Origin: Trypanosoma brucei
Taxonomy: Eukaryota
NCBI GenBank assembly: GCA_000002445.1
Contig: CP000067.1
Span: 1,088,001-1,152,000 of the forward strand
DNA length: 64,000 nt
Direction: 5' to 3'
Positions 20,503-30,270 of the stretch are shown here, one piece after another. How positions within the stretch are numbered: the first letter of the stretch is position 1; every line of letters starts with the position of its first letter. Under the pieces are notes generated by a model that was not told the origin of the DNA, ran no database searches, and was given only the letters and a program-made list of their open reading frames with translations. A program made the translations under genes and the position numbers.

Positions 20503-21839
20503 CGCGCAGCAGCCTTACTTTGAGAGCCCCAGTTGGTTGGTAGCGTAACAACAACTTGACACACTATGGCTGAAAAGACACCTACCGCTTGCGGCAATAG
20601 GTGGGTGAACCTTTGTAGAGAAGAGGAGAAGGGGTGGGTGGAAAGCGAAGCAACGTGCAAACAAGTCTGGTGAATTGTGGGTTCCCCCTTTTACGTGTCC
20701 TCTTCGAGTGGCAGGCTTAGTTTCGGGTGCGCGGAAGTAGTGGTTTGCGTGCGCAAGGGCAAGCCAGTTGAAAGCGTACATAAAGTGTTAGGAACTCAAG
20801 TCACCGTTCCACGCGCTGGGTGCAGTTGACTCCCTCTGAAGGAAAAAAGCAGCGTGCACGTTTTCCTTAATCGCCGGTTTGTCTCTCTTTCACTATCAGT
20901 TGGATGACTATCCGCACCCGCGTGGTATTAAATAAACGCTGGTACTACCCCAATACAAAACAAAGGGGGAAACCGGTACCGGTTTCCACTCCTATATGCA
21001 CTTTCAGACAAACAAAGAATTTTCCTTCGCAGTCTCTTTCACAAGAGTTGAAGGAAGGTAGACCAGACTTGGTGACATTTGAAAACAAAATAGAAGCATT
21101 TACAACAAATTAACACTTTTCCCATGCAGGGATTGGTCTCATTGAAGGTTTCACACCCGTTGCTTTTTCCACTCTTCCAGCCAATTCACGACTCCCAACG
21201 TTAGACATACTTTTTCAATGTTTAAGTTTTCCCATTCGACGCGGCTGCTGTCAGGAGGGCAGGGGAAGAGGGAGTTCTCTTTTTCTTCTTGGATATAAGC
21301 TATATTCCGGGATAGCAAAAGAAATAAACGAAGTGTGCCGGCCTGCGTTAATGCCGAATGCTTTGCATACTCGCACTGCTGCCTTATACCTGTAGTACAT
21401 ATCTCACGGGATTGTCTTTTAAAAGTAGAGGAAAATTAAGAAAAGTAAACTGGGAAGTGTATTCGCTGTGAACTCCCCTTCCTTTCCGTAAAGGAAAAAA
21501 AAAAGCCATCGAAGGTACCGGTGAACTTGCCTGCAGGGGCTCCAGAGTGCGAGACCTTTGGAGGGTTCTTAGACAGGAACTCTGTTCTACATATCAAATA
21601 CACCACTTCACAGCATGTTTGTGCCATCTGTTTCCCAGTGCTTGGTTCTGATTACGAAGGGGCAACGCTACCGTTTTTCACAATTTTTTTCTTTTTCATT
21701 ACTCGTCCACAGGCCCAATTACTCCCAGATTTTCTCCTTTTCCCTCACATTCATATTTTATATGCTGATTACATCGCAACTGAGACATCCAAAGAAGGGA
21801 TGAACACACATGAGAGCTGTACATCAGCGAGAGTCATGT

Positions 21840-22313
21840 TTAAGCCATGAGAGCAGGAGCTGCAGCTGACAGTTTCTCGTCAGCGGCTAGCACGCTACAG
21901 TTGTTGATATCATTTGTTATCTTCCATCGCTGGTTGGGATGCGGCTGCTTGCCGAAGTCGCATGCTAAAAGACGGATGCGCAGCTCCGCGTTCGTGGGCG
22001 AATGTGAGAGGAGATACCACGAGTCCTGAATGATACCCATCGTTAGGCCTGAAAGGGGCAGACAGATTGACCCCAACACTCCATCCGTAATGACGTCGGT
22101 TGTCCAAAGCTCAACACAGAGATGCGCGGTGTTTTCGTCCGCCACATAGAACCGAAGAGTTTGGTTCCATACGGGATTACATGTATTATTCACGATTTTT
22201 GTTTTGTACGTCGTATCGCCCAATCGCACACAACAGTAAGGGTCGGGCATGCAGGGCGCCGACTGCTCATGAAGGTTGCGTGCGGCGCAAATGCACACCT
22301 GGAGCTTGCCCAT
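21840..22313 (-). CDS. C2 domain protein (157 aa)
   Basis: KLQVCICAARNL...PDPYCCVRLGDTTYKTKIVNNTCNPVWNQTLRF is a canonical C2 (Ca2+/lipid-binding) beta-sandwich signature. Confidence 0.7.
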   Translation of the reverse strand: MGKLQVCICAARNLHEQSAPCMPDPYCCVRLGDTTYKTKIVNNTCNPVWNQTLRFYVADENTAHLCVELWTTDVITDGVLGSICLPLSGLTMGIIQDSWYLLSHSPTNAELRIRLLACDFGKQPHPNQRWKITNDINNCSVLAADEKLSAAAPALMA

Positions 22314-22641
22314 TTAACCCGCTTTCTTTCCGAAAGGCTTTATTGATATGACCTTTGTACAGATACCACTCTGGACAATTTTTCGAAGTGGGAACACAAG
22401 GGGAGGGGATGGTAGCAGTAAACCGGTTGACAGGTAAAAAAGCAACATGAAAATGCCCCGAAAGCTGAGTGACAGAAAGGATTGTGGAGGGAAGCAACAC
22501 AAAGTGAGAGGAAGATCCATCGATGCAGGACACCATTTTCATCGGATCGTTGTTGTACACTGCGGAGTCCACGTACGATTTTTCATAGAGTTCCGTCGAT
22601 GGCTGTGGTTGCCGTCGAGAAACCCCATAAGTAGGTGCGCT

Positions 22642-23316
22642 TCAGTGTCTCCATAGAACAGGGAGGTTTGCAGGAGACATGGCCGGCATGTAGTTCTCGA
22701 AGCCTAACGCCCCCCCGTCATACCCAGAGAGTGCCACCCGGATGCGGAGCGCAAATTGAACGGAGTACGAAGATGCGCTTGCGAGCCGCACGACTCGGTC
22801 AGCGATATTCCCGCTGCTCATCTCAAGCGGAATGCAAAACTGATATCTCGCGAGGCAATCGTCAGAGCTAAGAGAATAGCGCCAGAGCTCCAGCGTTATG
22901 GCTGGAAGTGCACAAGATCCTCCCATCCATGGCGGCGCGAGTAAACCACGCTTCACCTCGTGGGGTTGCTGCGGAAGAATATATTCCCTTGAGGGATTTC
23001 CTAAAGAGGGACCGTCGTGATATGTGGAGATGTGCTGGCCAACAGTGACGTCTAGCCCTGACTTTGACAGCGTTGGGGCAGTTTCACGGAACTCGGGGGG
23101 ATTACCTTCAAAATGAAACATAAACACTTCGTTCCAACACCTACCTCCGGCACTGTCTGCGCCATTGCAAAGAATATTTGTCCGCTGAGCATCAGGACCT
23201 AGCCGGGAAACAACATATAATCCATCGTAAACGAAGTCACTGGCGTCCTCTGAAAGGACCGTAAGATCAAGTATGCGGATCTTCACTCTGCCTAGTGGTG
23301 CGCAGTTGGATCGCAT
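22642..23316 (-). CDS. C2-like domain protein (224 aa)
   Basis: RVKIRILDLTVLSEDASDFVYDGLYVVSRLGPDAQRTNIL...WNEVFMFHF resembles a C2 domain. It lies immediately upstream of the other C2 ORF. Confidence 0.55.
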   Translation of the reverse strand: MRSNCAPLGRVKIRILDLTVLSEDASDFVYDGLYVVSRLGPDAQRTNILCNGADSAGGRCWNEVFMFHFEGNPPEFRETAPTLSKSGLDVTVGQHISTYHDGPSLGNPSREYILPQQPHEVKRGLLAPPWMGGSCALPAITLELWRYSLSSDDCLARYQFCIPLEMSSGNIADRVVRLASASSYSVQFALRIRVALSGYDGGALGFENYMPAMSPANLPVLWRH

Positions 23317-23526
23317 CGCCTCTGTCTTGGAACCTGAACTATCCTTTTTGACAGGTTTGCCGCACCTGTCTTGGGTACAACTCCCCCCCCTTATACTTAC
23401 AGTACTGGCAGGTGTACACAGATAAGCGAAACAAAGTGTGATAAGACTAAGTGGAGGAGACGCTGAGATGTCGACAGCGAATGCACTGCAGCAAACGATG
23501 CTTACGGTTAAGCCACTGAGTGTGAA

Positions 23527-23548
23527 GGGAGGGTAAGTGTGTGTGTGT
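23527..23548. repeat. (GT)11 microsatellite
   Basis: Read directly. Intergenic, between the C2-like gene and the FtsH-like gene. Confidence 0.95.
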
Positions 23549-23899
23549 GTGTGTGTGTGGTTGAAATATAATAATCGTTGGTGGAGGCCAAATATTTCTT
23601 CTTTCTGACCATTTAACTACAATTCTTCCATCGGGCTCATTCACCCACACTGCCCTGCGACAAGCGCACGTAAGGGGAAAACAATAGGTACACTTGCTGC
23701 GAAAAGTCAGCGGTCTTCTTTGCTGCACGCGTGGTTGGTCATTCTTTTAAGTAGAGAGAACAAAACTAACCCACTCCCAAGACCATTCTTGACAGTCCCT
23801 CCATATGGTGCAAATTCATCATCGTGCGGGGCGTGGAATGCAGCTTCCGGAGGAACTGCGTAGTAACTGAAAGTAGTTATGAATATGACGTGTATGAAA

Positions 23900-26608
23900 T
23901 CACACGCCCTTCTTACGGTCTGTTTCCCTCGCCTTGCGTGTGCCAAGATACCTCACCACGTCATCGAAGGTTAACACCTCGTTTTCCAACAAGTGTTTGG
24001 CAAGCGTTTCCATCTCCTCCTTTTTCGATAACAACAGACTATATGTCTGCTCATATATTTCATCGACCAGCTTCTTTGCCTCCACATCGATATGGTTTGA
24101 CACTTTGGGCCCGAACGGTTTCACAATGCGCGTCCCCGCAGTACCTGGAGCGGGGTACACAGGCCGTGGTGCGAATGAACTAACAAACATGTACGCCATT
24201 CGTGCCACCTTGTTGAGATCATCGGATGCACCTGTGGAAAGATGGTTGAAAAAAATCTTCTCCGCCACGCGTCCGCCCAACGTCACGCTGATGGAGTCCC
24301 GAATCTCAGCTGCGGTCCGCACATTGTTTTCATTCGGTAGGTATTGAGCGTAACCAAGCGCTGAACCGCCGCGAGGTACGATGGAAACTTTCATGAGTGG
24401 ATCAGCGCGGTTGAGGAACCAACCGGCAACGGCATGACCTGCTTCGTGGTGAGCAACAACCTGCCGCTCAAATGGCGACAGCACACGGCTGCGGTGCTCA
24501 ATACCTGCCAATACTCGGTCAATGGAACGTTCCAAATGGGTAATGTCAACATTTGAATTGTTTTCTCGTGCTGCAAGTATAGCGGCTTCATTGCACACGT
24601 TGGCAATGTCGGCTCCAGTGAAACCTGGACAGAGACTGCTCATGCGTTCAGCATAGGAATTAATGAGGGCACGCTCGCGTTCGCTCTTATTTGCGAGAAG
24701 CGTCCGGAAATCGTAGGAGGGGTCCCCTGTCAGTTTCTCCTGTTCTAGCAGCTCTTGTTCAGCTTCCATCTCTTCTTGTAGTTTACTAACAACAAGTGAG
24801 GATGTGGTTGCGTTTGCTGTACTTACTTCACAGCTGTTGAAACCCTTAGCCTCATCAGCGGTAGGTGATTTATTTTCCGAAGAAGGAACCGTCCCCGACT
24901 CCATTTTCCCTTCATCGTCACTCTTGGCGTTGGCCTTAGCGTCAGACTTCTTGGACTCGGAAGATTCTGTGGACGCTTCTTCTGTTTGCTGTTCCACCTC
25001 TGCACCCTTAGCACCCTTGTTGCTTTCCTTCACCAATGTCAACGCACTGAGGTGGACCTTAAATATATCAATTCTCTCCGATATGACGGGCATGTCTACG
25101 TGAATAATACGGTCAAACCTTCCAGGACGTACAAGCGCCGGATCCAGCTGCTCCTGCGATACGTTACTAGATGCCAATATCATAACGTCTCCACGACGGC
25201 TGCTACTGAATCCATCCAATTGTGTTAGCAGTTCATTAAGTGTATGTTCTTGCTCCTGCTTTTCGCCGATACCAGCACCCGTTCGTTTCAGCCCAATGGC
25301 ATCAATCTCGTCAATATAAACGATGCAACGCTGCTTCTTCGCAACCTCAAACAACTGCCTAACACGCAATGCGCCCATCCCCACATACAACTCCACGAAG
25401 TCCGAACCGCAAACCGGGATGAAGCCCACTCCACTTTCACCTGCCACAGCTTTCGCCAGGAGTGTTTTACCCGTACCTGGCGGCCCCAGAAGAAGTGCCC
25501 CAGTTGGCACTTTTGCCCCCAATGACGTATAGCGCTCGGGGTGGCGGAGGAAATCTACCACCTCAGTCACCTCCTTTTTGGCTTCCTTTAAGCCGGCAAT
25601 GTGCTTGAAGCGTGTGCTGGATGAGAGTTCCACACGAAACACCATTTCCTTTGATTTGTGTGTCTTTTTACCAGCCTCCAACGTCAGCGCGAGTGACTTA
25701 CCAATGGAATTGGAGAGAACCATCACAAACACAGGGAAGAACACGAACGGCACAACCCACGCGAAAACACCCAACACTACCAGCGCTTGCTCTCCCAGTG
25801 GCGTTCCCTGCAGCGATACCTCGATTCCCTCCGATTTCGTTGTTACCGTCTCCCCATTCCCTTGCGGCCGCGGCTCTTTTATTCTCGTCGTTACTGCATC
25901 ATTATACGCCTTATTCAGTTTTTCCAGCTTTTCTTGGGTGTGCTGGTCGTCTACCAGTCCGAGGTAAACCTTTCCTTCACTGAGATACACCTGCGCGTAG
26001 TTGTGGTATAACTTAATGCTCTTTACGATCTCAGCATTCTTTAATAGCGATGCCCATCCAGTTTGTTTACCCAAGGGCTGAGAAAGCTTGTACAATACGT
26101 AGGAAGTTCCAAGCATCACCAATACGAAGAGCACAGAGCGTGCAACTATCAACTCCTCGGTGTTGTCATCTTCTGAAGATGAATTCGGGAATATGGGGCT
26201 TTCCTCTTCCTTTTTGTCCCTACCATTCTGCTCACCAGCCGTGTTATTTCCCCCATCAGAGGGTTTCGCAGAGAGAATTTTACCACGAGACAACTGCTTC
26301 ACCGCCATCGATGTGCCAAACGCTGTGACTAATTGCCGCAAATGGTTGAATGGCGAACTTCTGCCAAATTGGGGAGATGAGTCACGTGCAACCGAATAAG
26401 CAGTCAATACCTGCAGTTTGCTTTGCTGCTTTGGCTCAAAACTAACATGACTCATTGAAATAACGAGACCAGTGTGGGACGGGTAGCGCGGCCTGTGGGC
26501 CATTGGCAATGAGGCGAGCAAGTAGCGGCGCATTTCGGAAGAAAAGAAAAAAATATATACCCAAATGTTACTACATAATGTGTGGAAGGGGGGAGGGGGA
26601 GAGAACAA
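23900..26608 (-). CDS. FtsH-like ATP-dependent zinc metalloprotease (AAA+ / peptidase M41), probably mitochondrial
   Basis: Walker A GPPGTGKTLLAKAVAGE, AAA second region, HEAGHAVAGW zinc-binding HEXXH, and two transmembrane segments. The first 25 codons of the longest ORF are encoded by the polypyrimidine tract, so the likely true start is Met at 26533 (MRRYLLASLPMAHRPRYP, presequence-like). Confidence 0.9.
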   Translation of the reverse strand: MFSPPPPFHTLCSNIWVYIFFFSSEMRRYLLASLPMAHRPRYPSHTGLVISMSHVSFEPKQQSKLQVLTAYSVARDSSPQFGRSSPFNHLRQLVTAFGTSMAVKQLSRGKILSAKPSDGGNNTAGEQNGRDKKEEESPIFPNSSSEDDNTEELIVARSVLFVLVMLGTSYVLYKLSQPLGKQTGWASLLKNAEIVKSIKLYHNYAQVYLSEGKVYLGLVDDQHTQEKLEKLNKAYNDAVTTRIKEPRPQGNGETVTTKSEGIEVSLQGTPLGEQALVVLGVFAWVVPFVFFPVFVMVLSNSIGKSLALTLEAGKKTHKSKEMVFRVELSSSTRFKHIAGLKEAKKEVTEVVDFLRHPERYTSLGAKVPTGALLLGPPGTGKTLLAKAVAGESGVGFIPVCGSDFVELYVGMGALRVRQLFEVAKKQRCIVYIDEIDAIGLKRTGAGIGEKQEQEHTLNELLTQLDGFSSSRRGDVMILASSNVSQEQLDPALVRPGRFDRIIHVDMPVISERIDIFKVHLSALTLVKESNKGAKGAEVEQQTEEASTESSESKKSDAKANAKSDDEGKMESGTVPSSENKSPTADEAKGFNSCEVSTANATTSSLVVSKLQEEMEAEQELLEQEKLTGDPSYDFRTLLANKSERERALINSYAERMSSLCPGFTGADIANVCNEAAILAARENNSNVDITHLERSIDRVLAGIEHRSRVLSPFERQVVAHHEAGHAVAGWFLNRADPLMKVSIVPRGGSALGYAQYLPNENNVRTAAEIRDSISVTLGGRVAEKIFFNHLSTGASDDLNKVARMAYMFVSSFAPRPVYPAPGTAGTRIVKPFGPKVSNHIDVEAKKLVDEIYEQTYSLLLSKKEEMETLAKHLLENEVLTFDDVVRYLGTRKARETDRKKGV

Positions 26609-26640
26609 AACAACAAAGAAAAGAAAGAGGGTATATAATG
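26534..26640 (-). promoter_or_regulatory. polypyrimidine tract / probable trans-splice acceptor region upstream of the FtsH-like gene
   Basis: The plus strand is G/A-rich (gaaggggggagggggagagaacaaaacaacaaagaaaagaaagaggg), so the coding strand is C/T-rich. AG dinucleotides follow on the minus strand before Met at 26533. Confidence 0.5.
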
Positions 26641-28456
26641 AAACGGGTGTAGAACAAGCGCCTATTCAAATTCACGCACATGACATGCACAGACACGTAC
26701 AGAGATGCAGTTGTGCTCCACGAGCTTTGCAACTAACGGCATGTGAAATCGTTTTGTTGCTTTTTATATGCGCCACATCTAATTACTGCCTTTGTCACTG
26801 TAGTTTATATGTGTTGACATATGTTCGGTTGGTGGTGGTGGTAGGGAAGTTGATTTCGAGAGCGTTTGAAGGGCAGCCAATGGTGTGGCGGCGGGTGTGC
26901 AGATAGGTAAAAAAAAAGAAAAAAAGAAAAAAAAGAAATGCAAATACGCGTCGATAAAAAGACAAATAAATACGTACACGTGCACCGATAAGAATAATAA
27001 TCTAAACGCGAGGTGATAATTACCCGAGACGCAGATGCGAAACACGACACGGTGTTGTAAAAAAGAAACGTCTATTCCCAGCCGAAGCAGTCAGTCATGA
27101 AACTGGTCACAACGGAGGAAGCGCAACGCATAATAATCCTCTGTTCAAAAGGAAAAAAAAGAAAAAGAAATTTCTATAACTATTCCTTCCCCACGTCAAA
27201 ACATTGATAGTCAATGAAGGACCACAAGGGAATATCGAAGAAGTTTTACCTCGAAGATGTTATGCTCTTACGGCAGACCACTCCCTTTTGTTCTCTTCAC
27301 TCTACGCAAATAAAATAAATAAATATGTGTAATCTTGTTCATGATGTGATTACCTGCATAATATATCGACTGGCTTGCACAGCAGGCGCTTGCTCCAGTT
27401 TTTTTTAAATTATTACTTGCCGAAGGTGGGTTTAGTGAGATCCAAAAGCACTGCCCATAACAACGCGTGTTCAAAGCATCACCGTCCAGGGAATCTGGGA
27501 GAAAAAAAAAAGCCAATTTAAATGAAAGGCATTACATGGAATATACCACCTTTTCCTTGCGTATGCAAAAACAAACAAACAACAACCTCCTTCTCATGCT
27601 ATGTTTAACACAATCCCATCCATATGTAACTGCATAACAGTAGCCACAAGAACAATTAAAGGACTACCATCTGCTTTTGTCACGCCGTAACCTTCCACAA
27701 ATGATTGTATTATTATGGTGACAGTTCCTGAACGTTACAAACACGAATCGCGAGTTCATCAGGAGGGGGGAAAAAGGAAAGGAAAACTGCAGAGGCCGAG
27801 CGTGAAAAGAAAAAAAAACAAGGAAAAAAAAGCGGAAAAATATACATGAACATGACAAAGTAGTGAAAGTAAGGGAGAGAGGCTCTGAGTGAAGGGAAAG
27901 AAACGACAAAATTCAGGATTTAATTACATGAGCCACCGATTCCCCTCCACTTTTTCCGCCACAAACACTGTTTCGATAATGAAGACACAGATGTGCGGTA
28001 GTGTAGCTCATGCCGAGCAAAAAAGAGAAGAAAAGCAAAATAAATAAATAAATAAAAAATCGAGTTCGATCGGACCAAACGTCTTTGCCAACCACAAAGT
28101 CGCGGAAACAAAACAAAAAAAAAAAGAGAGGAGATGCGCACAGCTGCGAAGAGGCAGTGGAGCTGCCAGCTGGACCATCCCTCATTTCCTCATTATTAAT
28201 TACTGTCTTTCTTAATGCGCTTCCCTCAACTACTTCATAAGCTATGAGAGCTACACATTAGGGCCGATGGTCGCAAACACTTGGCGCGACAATGACGCGA
28301 AGGCAAACCACAGCTCAAAACAACAACAACAACAACAACGAACCACATAACAGAAACGTAGACGGGGCGGTAAGTCACCACACACATCTATGTGCGGTCA
28401 TTATTATTGTTATTATTATTTTTGCGAGTAGACGCCGGCTGCTCACTCAAAAAATC

Positions 28457-30148
28457 TCAACAACCCGAGCGTTTGGATCTGTCACCCTTCGAACCGAAGC
28501 ACGAACACGATGACAAATTAACTTTAGATGGCTTTTCATTACCGTGATCCACGGGAGTTGCCCCGTAGTCCACATCCTCAGCGACATGCCTACTTTCAGG
28601 GGAATTTTCCAGCTCAGCATCCCGATCTATGCGCCTAAGCATATCGTCAATTCTCCTCCGATGGGATGACGCTTCGGGGTGGTCATCGCTACTGATGGCG
28701 TTTGCATTTCTACCAGTGGCGGCCCAACTATGGGAGAGGGAACCAAAGTAGCTGTCCATAGACATTGAGTTATGCAAACGCTGCGATCCACCTACAAATC
28801 GAGCCGTATTCTCTACGCTGGGTGGCGCTGCGCTGGTTTGCTGACGAGTGGATTCAACACCCGTTTCGTCCCCCATGTTAAGTGCATCGATTGAACCACT
28901 GCCATTACTCGCCTCCGCGACACTGTTGTCAACGACACCGCTCTCTAGGGCTGAGCACACCGAATAAAGTGTAATATCCCTTTCTTCCTCTTTACATGAG
29001 AGCAATGCAGTTGGATCCATGTGCATATGAGAGCATGCTGTTTCCTCATGACCGTCAACATCTTCAGCCACAAGTGTGGTATCGGTGCCGGAGGGGCCAT
29101 GTGTGGGTGATTCCTTCACTTCCTCAGTCATATACTTATCACAAGCACACGTATCACCCTCACTTCCGCGTTCCCGCGGTGTGAACCAGCCACTTTCAGC
29201 TATTTGTGCACTTCTAACGGTAACCATCGACCCCAGTGAATATAGCGATGGTGCAGACGCCATAACTCCGTCTGTAGTAAAGAGAGTACCATCCGTCCCT
29301 GTCTCTCCGTCCATTGTAGTCCCAGTGTCAAAGTTTAATGGAAGGTGGGAATGCAGCGGACCTCGCTCCGCCGGTGTTGGTCCATTCTCTTTGATATTTC
29401 CCTCCTCACATGTCGTGTGATCGTTGAGAAGAGTGTGGCATAATCCGTGTAGCATTTCACGTAAGCCATAGTTCGTTAGTGTACTCACCTCGTAATATTG
29501 CACGTCAGGAAATGCACTAAACAACTCAAACTGCAGCTCGTGCTGTGTAACAAGCCTATCCATATCCTCAACCTCGGTATTGTCTATAAGATCCACTTTG
29601 TTTCCAACAACAAAAATGTGGCGACCACTGATGTCGGGGTTGTACCGCATGACCAAGTCGAGGTGTTGCGAGGTTACATGAGCAAAACTTTCCCTATTTT
29701 TCACATCAAACACAACAATCGCCGCAGAGGCGCAACGGAATGTGGACTTGTCCACAGAGGCGTACCGCTCCAACCCAGCTGTGTCCCAAAGTTGCAGCCG
29801 CACATGTTGTCCCGCCCGCACATTCCGCACGACCCGGGAGAAGAAATCGGTTCCCACCGTCGGCGTTGTGGTGTGAAGGGGTTGCAGCGAATTGGAAACA
29901 ACTTCACCTTCCCGGCTGGACCCTGGTGGTTGTGGCGCTGATGATGATGATGCGATTTTCTCGTACGGAATGTCGAGGAGCCTCTTTACCATGGACGTCT
30001 TACCAACGCTATAGTCGCCCACAATTGCCACCTTAAAAACAAACATTTGCTCTTCATCTTCCCACTGTTCATCCTCCGGTTCAGTGGATGCCTCGGTGCA
30101 CTCCGTCTCGGTTGCGGCCTCCACCAGCCCCGGGAACTCGGGGCGCAT
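28457..30148 (-). CDS. atypical Rab-like small GTPase with ~330-aa C-terminal extension
   Basis: G1 GDYSVGKTS, switch I TPTVGTDF, G3 WDTAGLERY (DTAGQE with Q to L), G4 VGNKVDL. No C-terminal CC/CXC prenylation motif (ends KRSGC). Confidence 0.8.
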   Translation of the reverse strand: MRPEFPGLVEAATETECTEASTEPEDEQWEDEEQMFVFKVAIVGDYSVGKTSMVKRLLDIPYEKIASSSSAPQPPGSSREGEVVSNSLQPLHTTTPTVGTDFFSRVVRNVRAGQHVRLQLWDTAGLERYASVDKSTFRCASAAIVVFDVKNRESFAHVTSQHLDLVMRYNPDISGRHIFVVGNKVDLIDNTEVEDMDRLVTQHELQFELFSAFPDVQYYEVSTLTNYGLREMLHGLCHTLLNDHTTCEEGNIKENGPTPAERGPLHSHLPLNFDTGTTMDGETGTDGTLFTTDGVMASAPSLYSLGSMVTVRSAQIAESGWFTPRERGSEGDTCACDKYMTEEVKESPTHGPSGTDTTLVAEDVDGHEETACSHMHMDPTALLSCKEEERDITLYSVCSALESGVVDNSVAEASNGSGSIDALNMGDETGVESTRQQTSAAPPSVENTARFVGGSQRLHNSMSMDSYFGSLSHSWAATGRNANAISSDDHPEASSHRRRIDDMLRRIDRDAELENSPESRHVAEDVDYGATPVDHGNEKPSKVNLSSCSCFGSKGDRSKRSGC

Positions 30149-30149
30149 C

Positions 30150-30270
30150 GCCTAAATTAGCTAATAAGAGGGAAAGAAGTAGTGAGGAAGTATAAAAAAA
30201 CAAATATTCCAAAGGAAATGAAAAAAAATTAATAATAAAATTAATAATAATAATAACTTTTCTCTTCTCT
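30150..30270 (-). promoter_or_regulatory. polypyrimidine-rich region upstream of the Rab-like gene (candidate trans-splicing signal)
   Basis: Plus-strand A/G-rich (gagggaaagaagtagtgaggaagtataaaaaaacaaat...), which is pyrimidine-rich on the coding strand. Confidence 0.4.
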
